NCBI GenBank assembly: GCA_005883405.1
Contig: VBGG01000059.1
Coordinates: forward strand, 1-41,210
Direction: 5' to 3'
Origin: Chloroflexota bacterium
Lineage (GTDB): Bacteria; Chloroflexota; UBA6077; CF-72
DNA length: 41,210 nucleotides
Part shown: one piece after another, positions 1 through 7,441 of the stretch
How positions within the stretch are numbered: position 1 is the first letter of the stretch
Layout of the letters: every line of letters starts with the position of its first letter
Position numbers and translations under genes: made by a program
Notes under the pieces: model-generated
The model's input: only the letters and a program-made list of their open reading frames with translations
Databases searched by the model: none
Told to the model about the DNA's origin: nothing

Positions 1-1297
1 ACCTGCTGGCCAACACGGCGCCAGTTGCCTGGGGCGCCATCGGTAGCCCGATCGTCGGTCTGTCGCAGTCGTCAGGCCTGCCGCCTCTCGATCTTTCGAC
101 GATGGCCGGCCGCCAGCTGCCGTGGGCCTCGATCCTGGTGCCGTTCTGGCTCGTGGCCGTGTTCGTCAAGATGGAGGGCGGCACCTGGACCGAGGCATTC
201 GAGGTCTGGCCGGCTACGCTGGTCGCCGGCGGCGTCTTCGCGGTGGTCCAGTGGACCGTCTCGAGTCTCGCAGCAACGTACCTGCTGACCGACGTCCTGG
301 CGGGTCTGGCCTCCGTACTGGCGGTGGTGGTGTTCTTGCGCGTCTGGCACCCGCGCACGCGGTTCCTGCTGCGGAGGGAGCGGCTCGAGGTGGCGGGCGG
401 CCTCGGCGCGGTCGGTCCTGGCGCCATGGCCGCGCATTCGCGCGCGCAGCAACCGGGCTACGACGTCTACCGCTATCCGTACACGTCGCTATCTGGGGCC
501 TGAACGCGGGCGTCTTTAATGACGCGCTGCCCGTGCCCGGCCGCACCAACGCCGCCACGCCGGTCACGCTGGGTACTCCGCTTGGCATTCAGGTTGACGC
601 CGCCTCCTACACTCGCCTGTTTTTCGACATGCCTGGCGCCGATAAGCAGGTGCAGCGCACGCCGCCGGTGGCTCCAGCCAACGCGCCGCCCGAGCGTGTG
701 CAGTTCACGTTCAATTGGCTGGCCGCCCCGGGCACTTCGACGGTGCTGGCGGCCATCCTCAGCGGCCTGTTTCTGCGCCTGAGCGCGGCACAGTGGCGCG
801 AGGCGGTCGGGCGCACGGCGCGGCGCCTGCGGGTACCCGTCCTGGTCATCTGCCAGGTGCTTGGCCTGGCAGCGCTGACGCGCTACGCGGGTACCGACGC
901 CATCCTCGGTCTGGCGTTCACCGCCAGCGGACCGCTGTACCCGTTCTTCGCCGCGTACCTCGGGTGGCTGGGAGTCTTCTTGACGGGCTCGGATACGGCT
1001 TCGAACGCGCTCTTCGGCAGTCTGCAGCGCATCACCGCCGAGCAGCTCCACCTGAACCCGATCCTCGCCGCGGCGACGAACTCCACGGGTGGCGTGATGG
1101 GCAAGATGATCGACGCTCAGTCGATCACCGTAGCCACGGCCGCTTGCTACGAGGATCCGAAGGAGGGCTCACTCGCGCTTGGCCCGATCTTCCGCCGCGT
1201 TTTCTGGTTCTCAGTCCTGGGCGCGGCGTTCATCGGCGTGATCGCTCTGCTGCAGGCGTACGTCTTTCCGGGGGTTATCCCACCAGCGCCGCAGTAA
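1..1297 (+). pseudogene. L-lactate permease (LctP/LldP family), 5' end outside window, reading frame broken near 462-500
   Basis: Frame 3 from the window edge reads LLANTAPVAWGAIGSPIVG...GRQLPWASILVPFWLV...VWHPR...GYDVYR and hits TGA at 501-503. Frame 2 carries on with LSVHVAIWGL...FFAAYLGWLGVFLTGSDTASNALFGSLQ...ATNSTGGVMGKMIDAQSI...LQAYVFPGVIP to TAA 1295-1297. Both halves match my recollection of LldP/GlcA-type permeases. Confidence 0.7.
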
Positions 1298-1356
1298 CCT
1301 GATAATGTTGCCCGGTCGGGGGCAATCTAGCGCCTGAAAGACACGCAGCTTCGCGT

Positions 1357-2889
1357 TTGTTTGAGGGAAAGGGGCAACGAGGCGAGGTGGCATCGATCTC
1401 ACAAGCTGCTGGCCGAGGGTTGGTCAGAAGTGCCTATTCGATTCCATTCGTGATCGGCGCGTCATCGGCGGGCACGGTCATCGAGTGGTACGACTTCTAT
1501 CTCTACGCGACGCTCACGCCGTTCCTGGCGCCGATCTTCTTCCCGCCGGGCGACCCGACGAGCCAGCTGCTGGCGGCGTTTGCCGTATACGGCGCTGGTT
1601 TCGCCGTGCGCCCGCTCGGCGCGGTGGTCTTCGGCCGCATCGGTGACGTGATCGGCCGCAAGTACGCCTTCCTCATGACCGTTACGATCATGGGCGGCGC
1701 AACCGTGCTGGTCGGCGTGCTCCCGAGCTATGCCCAGATCGGCATTCTGGCGCCGCTGATCCTGGTGACCTTCCGCATGCTCCAGGGTCTGGCGCTGGGT
1801 GGCGAGTACGGCGGCGCCGCGATCTACGTCGCCGAGCACGCGCCCGACCACAAGCGGGGCCTGTACACGTCGTGGATCCAGACCACGGCCACGCTGGGCT
1901 TCTTCTTCTCGCTGTTGATAATCCTGATCACGCGGGTGGGATTCGGCGAGGACACATACAAAGAGTGGCGCTGGCGAGTCCCGTTCCTGCTCTCCGCGGT
2001 CCTGGTCGGCTTCGCCCTCTACATCCGCCTCAAGCTGCAGGAAACACCGCTCTTCCAGCGGCTCAAGGACACGGGTCAGACGACCAAGAACACGAGTAGC
2101 TGGGCGCGCGATAGCTTCTCGGGCAACAAGGTCGGCGTGATCCTGCTGGTGCTCATCGGCATGACCGCGGGCCAGGCTGTGGTGTGGTACCAGGGCCAGT
2201 TCCAGGCGCTGAACTTCCTGACCGTCTACCTCAAGACCCCGTACCAGACGGCGTACACGATCCTGATGCTGGCGCTCGTCTTCGGCACGCCGTTGTTCCT
2301 GTTCTTCGGCTGGTTGTCTGACCGCATTGGCCGCAAGCCCATCATCCTGGGCGGCTGCGCTCTGGCGGCCATCACGTATGTGCCGATCTACCAGGCGATG
2401 GTGGCGAACGCGAACGTGACCGTTGACGCCGCGGGCAAGATCACCGGCGCCAACCCGAATGTTCCGGCTGAAGCGTTCCTCATCTGGCTGCAGGTCGTGT
2501 ACGTGACGATGGTCTACGGACCCATCGCCGCGTTCCTGGTCGAGTTCTTCCCCGCCCGTGTGCGCTACACGCTGCTGTCCATCCCGTACCACCTGGGCAA
2601 CGGCGAGTTTGGCGGCTGGCTGCCCGCGATTTTCACCGGGCTCGTCGCTGCGACTGTTGCCGGACAGACCGGCTTCGTCCCCTTCTTTGGCCTGGACCTG
2701 CGCTTCTTGAATCCGTCGGGTGATCCGAACGGCAACATCTACGCGGGTCTTATCTACACCATCACGGTCGCGGTCATCACCGCGATCGTCGGCTGGTTCT
2801 TCATTCCCGAGACGAAGGATCGCAAGATCTGGCAAGAGGTCGGTGGTGAGGAGGCGGTGGGCACGGCGGCCGCGCCCGCGATTCCATAA
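1357..2889 (+). CDS. MFS transporter, metabolite:H+ symporter (MHS) family
   Basis: 510-codon ORF with a TTG at 1357. An in-frame GTG at 1387 behind GGGAAAGGGG is an alternative start. The profile is multi-TM. Motifs GTVIEWYDFYLY, RPLGAVVFGRIGDVIGRK and LQGLALGGEYGGA are typical of ProP/KgtP/ShiA-like MHS transporters. Confidence 0.85.
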   Translation: MFEGKGQRGEVASISQAAGRGLVRSAYSIPFVIGASSAGTVIEWYDFYLYATLTPFLAPIFFPPGDPTSQLLAAFAVYGAGFAVRPLGAVVFGRIGDVIGRKYAFLMTVTIMGGATVLVGVLPSYAQIGILAPLILVTFRMLQGLALGGEYGGAAIYVAEHAPDHKRGLYTSWIQTTATLGFFFSLLIILITRVGFGEDTYKEWRWRVPFLLSAVLVGFALYIRLKLQETPLFQRLKDTGQTTKNTSSWARDSFSGNKVGVILLVLIGMTAGQAVVWYQGQFQALNFLTVYLKTPYQTAYTILMLALVFGTPLFLFFGWLSDRIGRKPIILGGCALAAITYVPIYQAMVANANVTVDAAGKITGANPNVPAEAFLIWLQVVYVTMVYGPIAAFLVEFFPARVRYTLLSIPYHLGNGEFGGWLPAIFTGLVAATVAGQTGFVPFFGLDLRFLNPSGDPNGNIYAGLIYTITVAVITAIVGWFFIPETKDRKIWQEVGGEEAVGTAAAPAIP

Positions 2890-2927
2890 CGTCGCTGAGC
2901 GCAGCCGAGCGCAAGCAAGCCATCCGT

Positions 2928-2957
2928 GAGGGCGTCTGGCGAAAGCTGGACGCCCTC
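2928..2957 (+). terminator. Stem-loop downstream of the MHS transporter gene (no U-tract)
   Basis: GAGGGCGTC (2928-2936) pairs perfectly with GACGCCCTC (2949-2957). The 12-nt loop can extend the stem (U-G, G-U, G-C, C-G) and ends in a GAAA tetraloop. An outer 8-bp pair, CGCTGAGC 2893-2900 with GCTCAGCG 2960-2967, encloses it. No T-run follows, so terminator function is uncertain. Confidence 0.3.
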
Positions 2958-2996
2958 GAGCTCAGCGCCTTCCTACGCCAGGTCGTCGGCGCAAGC

Positions 2997-3025
2997 TTGA
3001 CAGGCCAGGAGGGCGGGTCTACAAC
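2997..3025 (+). promoter_or_regulatory. Candidate sigma70-type promoter for the OFA transporter gene
   Basis: TTGACA (2997-3002), a 17-nt spacer, then TACAAC (3020-3025), about 55 nt upstream of ATG 3080. Confidence 0.3.
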
Positions 3026-3079
3026 GGCACTAGCACCCTGAATAGGTTGGACCATCAGGCCAAATATGGGGAGGAACGG

Positions 3080-4408
3080 ATGGCAGTAGCGGCTACCACG
3101 GCGGGTTCGCCAGCGGCGGGCATCGTGCGCAATCGGTGGACGCAGTTAGTAGTCGGCATCTTCACGATGGTGATGATCGCCAACCTGCAGTACGGCTGGA
3201 CGCTGTTTGTCGATCCCATCAACGAGAAGACCAACTTCGGTCGGCCGTTCATCACCGGGTTGTTATCGACATTCATCCTCTTCGAGACCTGGCTGGTGCC
3301 GTTCGAGGCGTACCTGGTCGACCGCTTCGGGCCGCGCCTGCTGGTGGCCGTTGGCGGAGTGCTGGTAGGCATCGCCTGGTGGATGAACTCCTGGGCGACG
3401 ACCCAGGTGCTGTTCACCATCGCCGCGATATTGGGGGGGATCGGCGGCGGTATCGTCTATGGCACGGCCGTCGGAAGCGCCTTGAAGTGGTTCCCGGATC
3501 ATCGCGGGCTGGCTGCCGGGTTGACCGCCGCGGGCTATGGGGCTGGGTCGGCGGCGACGGTTATCCCGATCGCCAACATGATCCAGTCGAGTGGGTACCA
3601 GTCGACGTTTGCCCTGTTCGGCATCGCTCAGGGGGTGCTGGTGGTCGTCGGCGCGCTGCTTCTGCGCACGCCGCGCAAGGACGAGGTGCCCGCCGCGCCA
3701 GCGCCGACGGTGCGCCAGACGAGGCGCGACTACTCGCCGATGCAGACGATCAAGACGCCTGTTTTCTGGCTGATGTACGCGATGATGACGCTCATCGGCG
3801 TCGGCGGTCTCATGGCGACCGGTGTGCTGGCCTCGGTGGCGAAGGACCTGGGCGTCGACAAGTCGAACGTGAATCTCGGATTTGCCGCGATCGCCGTCGT
3901 TCCTTTTGCGCTCTCGCTGGACCGCATCCTCAACGGGGTCACGCGTCCGTTCTGGGGTTGGGTCAGCGACCACATCGGCCGCGAACGAACGATGACGCTC
4001 GCCTTCGGGCTGGAAGCATGCGCGATCCTGGTGTTCCTGCTGACCTGGAATAACCCGCTCCTGTTCGCCATCTGTTCAGGCCTGGCGTTCTTCGGCTACG
4101 GCGAGATTTACTCGCTGTTCCCGGCGACCTCGGCGGACCTTTTCGGTCGAGCGTACGCAACCACCAACTACGGCATGCTCTACACCTCGAAGGGGCTTGC
4201 GTCACTGCTGATTCCGATCGGCGCAATCGTCCAGAGCGTGACCAACAGTTGGACGCCCGTGTTCGCCGTCGCGGTCGTCTTCGATGTGATCGCCGCGGCC
4301 CTGGCGTGGACCGTGCTGCGCCGCGTGGCCCAGGCGCACCTGGCGCGCTCTGCCATCGCCGCGCCGACACCGGCCTTCGTACCCGCCGTCGCTGGCGGCT
4401 CCGACTAG
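3080..4408 (+). CDS. MFS transporter, oxalate/formate antiporter (OFA) family-like
   Basis: The ORF runs to TAG 4406-4408. I prefer ATG 3080 because it follows GGGGAGGA; the track ORF starts at TTG 3047. NRWTQLVVGIFTMVMIANLQYGWTLF, LVDRFGPR and AAGLTAAGYGAGSA resemble OxlT/OFA-family MFS proteins. About 12 hydrophobic segments. Confidence 0.85.
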   Translation: MAVAATTAGSPAAGIVRNRWTQLVVGIFTMVMIANLQYGWTLFVDPINEKTNFGRPFITGLLSTFILFETWLVPFEAYLVDRFGPRLLVAVGGVLVGIAWWMNSWATTQVLFTIAAILGGIGGGIVYGTAVGSALKWFPDHRGLAAGLTAAGYGAGSAATVIPIANMIQSSGYQSTFALFGIAQGVLVVVGALLLRTPRKDEVPAAPAPTVRQTRRDYSPMQTIKTPVFWLMYAMMTLIGVGGLMATGVLASVAKDLGVDKSNVNLGFAAIAVVPFALSLDRILNGVTRPFWGWVSDHIGRERTMTLAFGLEACAILVFLLTWNNPLLFAICSGLAFFGYGEIYSLFPATSADLFGRAYATTNYGMLYTSKGLASLLIPIGAIVQSVTNSWTPVFAVAVVFDVIAAALAWTVLRRVAQAHLARSAIAAPTPAFVPAVAGGSD

Positions 4409-4451
4409 AGCCGCCTCGGAGGACGCATGTCGCTCGTTCGCGGGCGGGATT

Positions 4452-5030
4452 TCAAAGGGGGGGGCCCCTTTGGATCCTCCGCATAGTCAGGGCAGATTTC
4501 GCCTCGAATGCACTTTCGACGGCCTGCTCAACGGCGTGGTCGATCGCCTCGCGCTCCTCGGGGGGGAACGTCGCCAGCACGTAGTCGGCCGCGTCCATGC
4601 TACCTGGGGGTCGGCCAATACCGATCCTCAGGCGACGGAAGGCGCCGCTGCCCAGGCGTGTGACGATGTCGCGCAGGCCGTTGTGCCCGCCGTGGCCGCC
4701 ACCCTCCCTGGTACGCACTTCGCCCAGCGGCAGGTCCAGATCGTCGTGGACGATGAGCAGGCCTTCGGCCGTGGGACGCCAGCGCTCGACGGCCTTCAGC
4801 ACGAGTTGGCCGCTGTCATTCATGAAGCCAGCGGGCAGCACGAAGCCAGAACGGCTCAGCGGCACGGGCACCAGGCCTGGTGTCGGGCGCAGTCCCATGC
4901 GCGAGATCGCTTCAGTGACCGCGCGCGCTCCGACGTTGTGCCGCGTGCGCAGATACTGCCGCTCGGCGTTCCCGAGCCCGACGACCACCCGCGAAGAGGC
5001 ATTGCCGGTCGCGAGCTTGTTCGAGGCCAT
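4452..5030 (-). CDS. pth: Peptidyl-tRNA hydrolase
   Basis: VVGLGNAERQYLRTRHNVG, GFMNDSGQ, IVHDDLDLPLG and GGHGGHNGLRD are classic Pth motifs. 192 aa. Confidence 0.93.
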   Translation of the reverse strand: MASNKLATGNASSRVVVGLGNAERQYLRTRHNVGARAVTEAISRMGLRPTPGLVPVPLSRSGFVLPAGFMNDSGQLVLKAVERWRPTAEGLLIVHDDLDLPLGEVRTREGGGHGGHNGLRDIVTRLGSGAFRRLRIGIGRPPGSMDAADYVLATFPPEEREAIDHAVEQAVESAFEAKSALTMRRIQRGPPL

Positions 5031-5040
5031 TGCGAAGAAG

Positions 5041-5068
5041 CTATCAGCTACCAGCAGTCAGCCGTCAG
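5041..5068. repeat. Heptamer tandem array (4 units, reverse orientation of CTGACNG-like unit)
   Basis: ctatcag ctaccag cagtcag ccgtcag. The reverse complement is CTGACGG CTGACTG CTGGTAG CTGATAG. Confidence 0.7.
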
Positions 5069-5069
5069 C

Positions 5070-5110
5070 AAAAAGAGAGGGCCGCCCCAACACTGGGACG
5101 GCTCCTCTCT
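5070..5110 (-). terminator. Intrinsic terminator of hsp20
   Basis: On the minus strand, the stem AGAGAGGAGCCG...CGGCCCTCTCT has about 11 bp plus a 1-nt bulge, with 3 further C-G pairs inside. It is followed directly by TTTTT (complement of A-run 5070-5074). It lies 64-104 nt downstream of the hsp20 stop. Confidence 0.65.
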
Positions 5111-5145
5111 CTTGATGGTCGTGTTTAGCCGCCAGCGTCGAACTG

Positions 5146-5173
5146 CTGACCGCTGACGGCTGAAAGCTGACGG
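5146..5173. repeat. Heptamer tandem array (4 units CTGACCG CTGACGG CTGAAAG CTGACGG)
   Basis: Read directly. A fifth, degenerate unit CTACGCC (5174-5180) contains the hsp20 stop codon. The array is inverted relative to the one at 5041-5068 (21 of 28 positions complementary). Confidence 0.7.
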
Positions 5174-5662
5174 CTACGCCTTGGGGTTACCGTTTGGCGT
5201 CGCGCTTGGGGTCCCGACCTGGACCTGGATCTGGCGCGGCTTGGCATGCTCAGCCTTGGGCATGGTCACCAGCAACAGACCGTTGCGGAAGACTGCCTCC
5301 ACACGCGATGGGTCAACCGCGGTGCCCAGGCGCAGCGAACGGCGGAACTTGGCTGGGCCGAACTCCTGCCAGACCGGCCGAGCACCCTCAGGCACGTTGA
5401 ACTTGAGCTCGCCCTCGATAACGAGCGTATCGTCGTGGACGGTGACGTTGATGGTGTCCTCATCCAGGCCCGGCGCCAGCAGCGCGGCCTGATAGCCGTC
5501 AGGGGTCTCCCACACGTTCACCGGCAGCGACTGGAAGCCGGCCGAGCCGGTGCCAGTCATGCCCTCGCGGGTGAAGGCATCGTCGAATACACGATCCACC
5601 CACTGGCGAAGCGGGGTCATCGTGCCGCTGTACGGGCGGGTGCGCCAGAGATCGATAGCCAT
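5174..5662 (-). CDS. Hsp20/alpha-crystallin family small heat-shock protein
   Basis: 162 aa. The alpha-crystallin domain reads PVNVWETPDGYQAALLAPGLDEDTINVTVHDDTLVIEGE...FRRSLRLGTAVDPSRVEAVFRNGLLLVTMPK. GGGAGGA lies ahead of the ATG. Confidence 0.9.
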   Translation of the reverse strand: MAIDLWRTRPYSGTMTPLRQWVDRVFDDAFTREGMTGTGSAGFQSLPVNVWETPDGYQAALLAPGLDEDTINVTVHDDTLVIEGELKFNVPEGARPVWQEFGPAKFRRSLRLGTAVDPSRVEAVFRNGLLLVTMPKAEHAKPRQIQVQVGTPSATPNGNPKA

Positions 5663-5907
5663 GTTGTTGGTCCTCCCTTGGTGTTTGGACTCGCTTCTTG
5701 CTTGCCCACACTATCCCTCGGCGGCTGTTAGACGAGGGTTTACGCCGTGTAAGAGGACCGCAAACAGGCTGCAAGAAGCTCATTAACGTCGACGCCGCGG
5801 CGTAGCCCGATCGTTCTGCCGTGGATCACCCGCACAGGGGGGCCTTTCCTCAACCGCGGCGGTGCATTGTGGGCTTCCTTGGTGTAACCGCAGGGCAGGA
5901 GGCGCCC

Positions 5908-6110
5908 ATGCACACCCCGCTGAGCAAAGACATCGACTGGTTTCTGGAATACCTCGCGGCTCGTCCCGCCAGTCCGAGAACCATCTCCACGTATCGCAGC
6001 TCCCTCGCACACTTGCTGCGGTTCGCGGTGAATCGTGGCTGCACGAGCGCAGACCAACTCACTGACGACCTCGTCCGCGCTGCGGCTGTGGACCTGATGC
6101 GGCGCGGAGC
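5908..6110 (+). pseudogene. Tyrosine recombinase/integrase, N-terminal core-binding (SAM-like) domain fragment only
   Basis: ATG 5908 follows GCAGGAGG. MHTPLSKDIDWFLEYLAARPASPRTISTYRSSLAHLLRFAVNRG...LTDDLVRAAAVDLMRRG looks like a XerC/D-type N-terminal domain. The rest of the 254-codon track ORF is Arg/Ala-rich read-through running antisense to doc. Confidence 0.55.
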
Positions 6111-6267
6111 GGTGGCGCTTGCCGATAACAAGCGGGCGCGCGCCAAGGGCAACGAGGGCGCCGCGCGACTTATGGTCGGGATAGGTCGCGGGGCGCCCGA
6201 AGCGGTAGGCCGCGTCGTGGTCGCCGCCGCCCAGCTCGCGCGCTGGGTAGGGGCCTGCGGGGCTGGG

Positions 6268-6408
6268 TACTGCTCGTCGGGCATTGGCTGGCACTCGCCG
6301 CCCCGACTCGGCGCCAGCAATACGAAGCCCCCTCAGCTGGAAGATGACGTCCTTGAGCCAGGTGGGCTCCGACGTGCTCCCGCGAGGGGGCGTGAAGTAG
6401 CGCGGATG
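6268..6408 (-). pseudogene. Possible tyrosine recombinase central fragment
   Basis: The minus frame reads HPRYFTPPRGSTSEPTWLKDVIFQLRGLRIAGAESGRRVPANARRAV. This resembles the tG-R-SE...L-W-D-v...G-K-R-VP region of integrases, with the Arg position not conserved. High GC3 in this frame. The match is weak. Confidence 0.25.
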
Positions 6409-6425
6409 TTAGTGGCGAGGGGCTG

Positions 6426-6830
6426 TCACGACAAGGCTGCGGTCACTTCGCGCAGCCAATTTCCCACGTCCGAGGTGGTCTCGGCCCGCTCGACAGCAGC
6501 CTCAATGTGCTTGGCAAACGCGAGCGTCTGGTCGCCTGGAAGCGGTCGCCGGTTCAGTCGAAGGAAAGTGACGCCGACGATGTAGCCCACACGCTTGTTG
6601 TTGTCGACAAAGGCGTGCGCTTGAGCGATGCCAGTGGCCAATAACGCGGCCTGCTCGCACAGGTCGGCCTCCGCGTAATGGGCGGCCATGCGTGGCCGTG
6701 CCACCGCAGATTCGAGTTTGGCGCGGCCGCCAGCCATGAGTGGGGCTGGTTCTTGGCCCAGGGCCCGGATGGTTGCGTCCTGCAGCGCCAGGACATCCGC
6801 AACGACCGGGCGCCATGGCTCATCGTCCAA
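6426..6830 (-). CDS. doc: Type II toxin, death-on-curing (Doc, Fic-fold) family
   Basis: 134 aa with HAFVDNNKRVG, matching the Doc variant of the Fic motif HxFx(D/N)(A/G)NKR. A TTG start overlaps the upstream antitoxin stop by 11 nt. Confidence 0.85.
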   Translation of the reverse strand: MDDEPWRPVVADVLALQDATIRALGQEPAPLMAGGRAKLESAVARPRMAAHYAEADLCEQAALLATGIAQAHAFVDNNKRVGYIVGVTFLRLNRRPLPGDQTLAFAKHIEAAVERAETTSDVGNWLREVTAALS

Positions 6831-7029
6831 GGTATTCGAGCGCGTCCCGACCGTTGGTCAGCTCCACCTCAAGCGCTGCGCGCAGCGCCGGGGTCAATCG
6901 CGGTCGAACATCAACCGGGCGAATCTCGACGTCGACGAGATCGCCCGCGTGGGCACCGACCCGCTCCAACTCATCGGGCGGGACGGTGACGACGATGCTG
7001 TTGCCATTGCGGCGAAGGGTTGCAATCAT
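6820..7029 (-). CDS. AbrB/MazE/SpoVT-family antitoxin (Phd-like partner of Doc)
   Basis: MIATLRRNGNSIVVTVPPDELERVGAHAGDLVDVEIRPV is a swapped-hairpin beta-barrel signature. I prefer the ATG at 7029; the track ORF starts 18 codons upstream at 7083. Confidence 0.8.
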   Translation of the reverse strand: MIATLRRNGNSIVVTVPPDELERVGAHAGDLVDVEIRPVDVRPRLTPALRAALEVELTNGRDALEYLGR

Positions 7030-7054
7030 GGGGCGGGCCTGCTCTCCGCGCTCA

Positions 7055-7083
7055 AATGTACACCTTCTAGTACAGTTTGACAA
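7055..7083 (-). promoter_or_regulatory. Candidate promoter of the antitoxin-doc operon
   Basis: On the minus strand: TTGTCA (7083-7078), a 17-nt spacer, then TACATT (7060-7055), about 25 nt upstream of ATG 7029. It sits inside a cluster of four GTAC motifs (7058, 7070, 7084, 7104). Confidence 0.4.
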
Positions 7084-7119
7084 GTACCATTGCGGCTACT
7101 TGTGTACTGAGGCTCGGGT

Positions 7120-7357
7120 TCAGGCGCGCCGCGACAAGTCGATCGCCGCGGCGGTCGCCAGGCCCGGCTCTGAGCGAATGGCCGCCGTAGCGCTCGGCGT
7201 CGAGCCCCGCCGCCGCGGCGAGGCGCTTCACGATCAGCGCCACGGCCTTGTCGCACAGCGCGCGCTTGCCCGGGTGGCCCCAGCGGTCGACCTTGCGGAA
7301 GACACGCCCGCTCGAGATCTCAGCCGCCTTCAGCCACGAGACCCGCAAGGACGTCAT
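7120..7357 (-). pseudogene. Tyrosine recombinase/integrase, C-terminal catalytic fragment, truncated and frameshifted
   Basis: SWLKAAEISSGRVFRKVDRWGHPGKRALCDKAVALIVKRLAAAAGLDAERYGGHSLRAG matches the region up to the HxxR box. After GHSLRAG the expected (F/L)ATAAA continues only in another frame (GLATAAAIDLSRRA, then stop). The N-terminal two-thirds and the catalytic Tyr region are absent. Confidence 0.6.
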
Positions 7358-7441
7358 CCACGAGATAGCGCTCGCTGGAGCCGCATTTGCCGCGCTGCTA
7401 ACAGGCTGTTAGAGAATCATCAGCGCCGCGCCCAGGCGTGC

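Larger units (their letters stand above)
5723..7413. mobile_element. Decayed integrative-element remnant (integrase fragments plus Doc/AbrB TA module)
   Basis: It contains three non-contiguous tyrosine-recombinase fragments on both strands and an intact TA pair, wedged between hsp20 and the Moco oxidoreductase. The proposed limits are an exact 10-bp direct repeat GGCTGTTAGA at 5723-5732 and 7404-7413. These limits are tentative. Confidence 0.4.

Noticed and set aside
1462-2835. 457-aa minus-strand ORF antisense to the MHS transporter. Similar long antisense or off-frame ORFs occur at 8979-10529, 18211-19263, 31890-33368, 33454-34857, 35851-37194 and 38187-39191.
   Set aside because: Their translations are Arg/Ala/Gly/Asp-rich with no motifs. 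Each lies opposite or out of frame with a gene that has clear family signatures. Long stop-free shadows like these are expected in GC-rich DNA.
4453-4472. The hairpin CAAAGGGG-GGGG-CCCCTTTG between the convergent OFA transporter and pth genes as a bidirectional terminator.
   Set aside because: It overlaps the last pth codons and has only a 3-nt T-run on either strand. The G8 homopolymer is also an error-prone site. The evidence is too weak to annotate.
5663-5907. A sigma70 promoter or a heat-shock operator (CIRCE, HAIR, CtsR box) upstream of hsp20.
   Set aside because: Only a poor TTGCAG-17-TACACG match was seen, and none of the known operator consensus sequences was found by eye. A proper pattern search is needed before claiming presence or absence.
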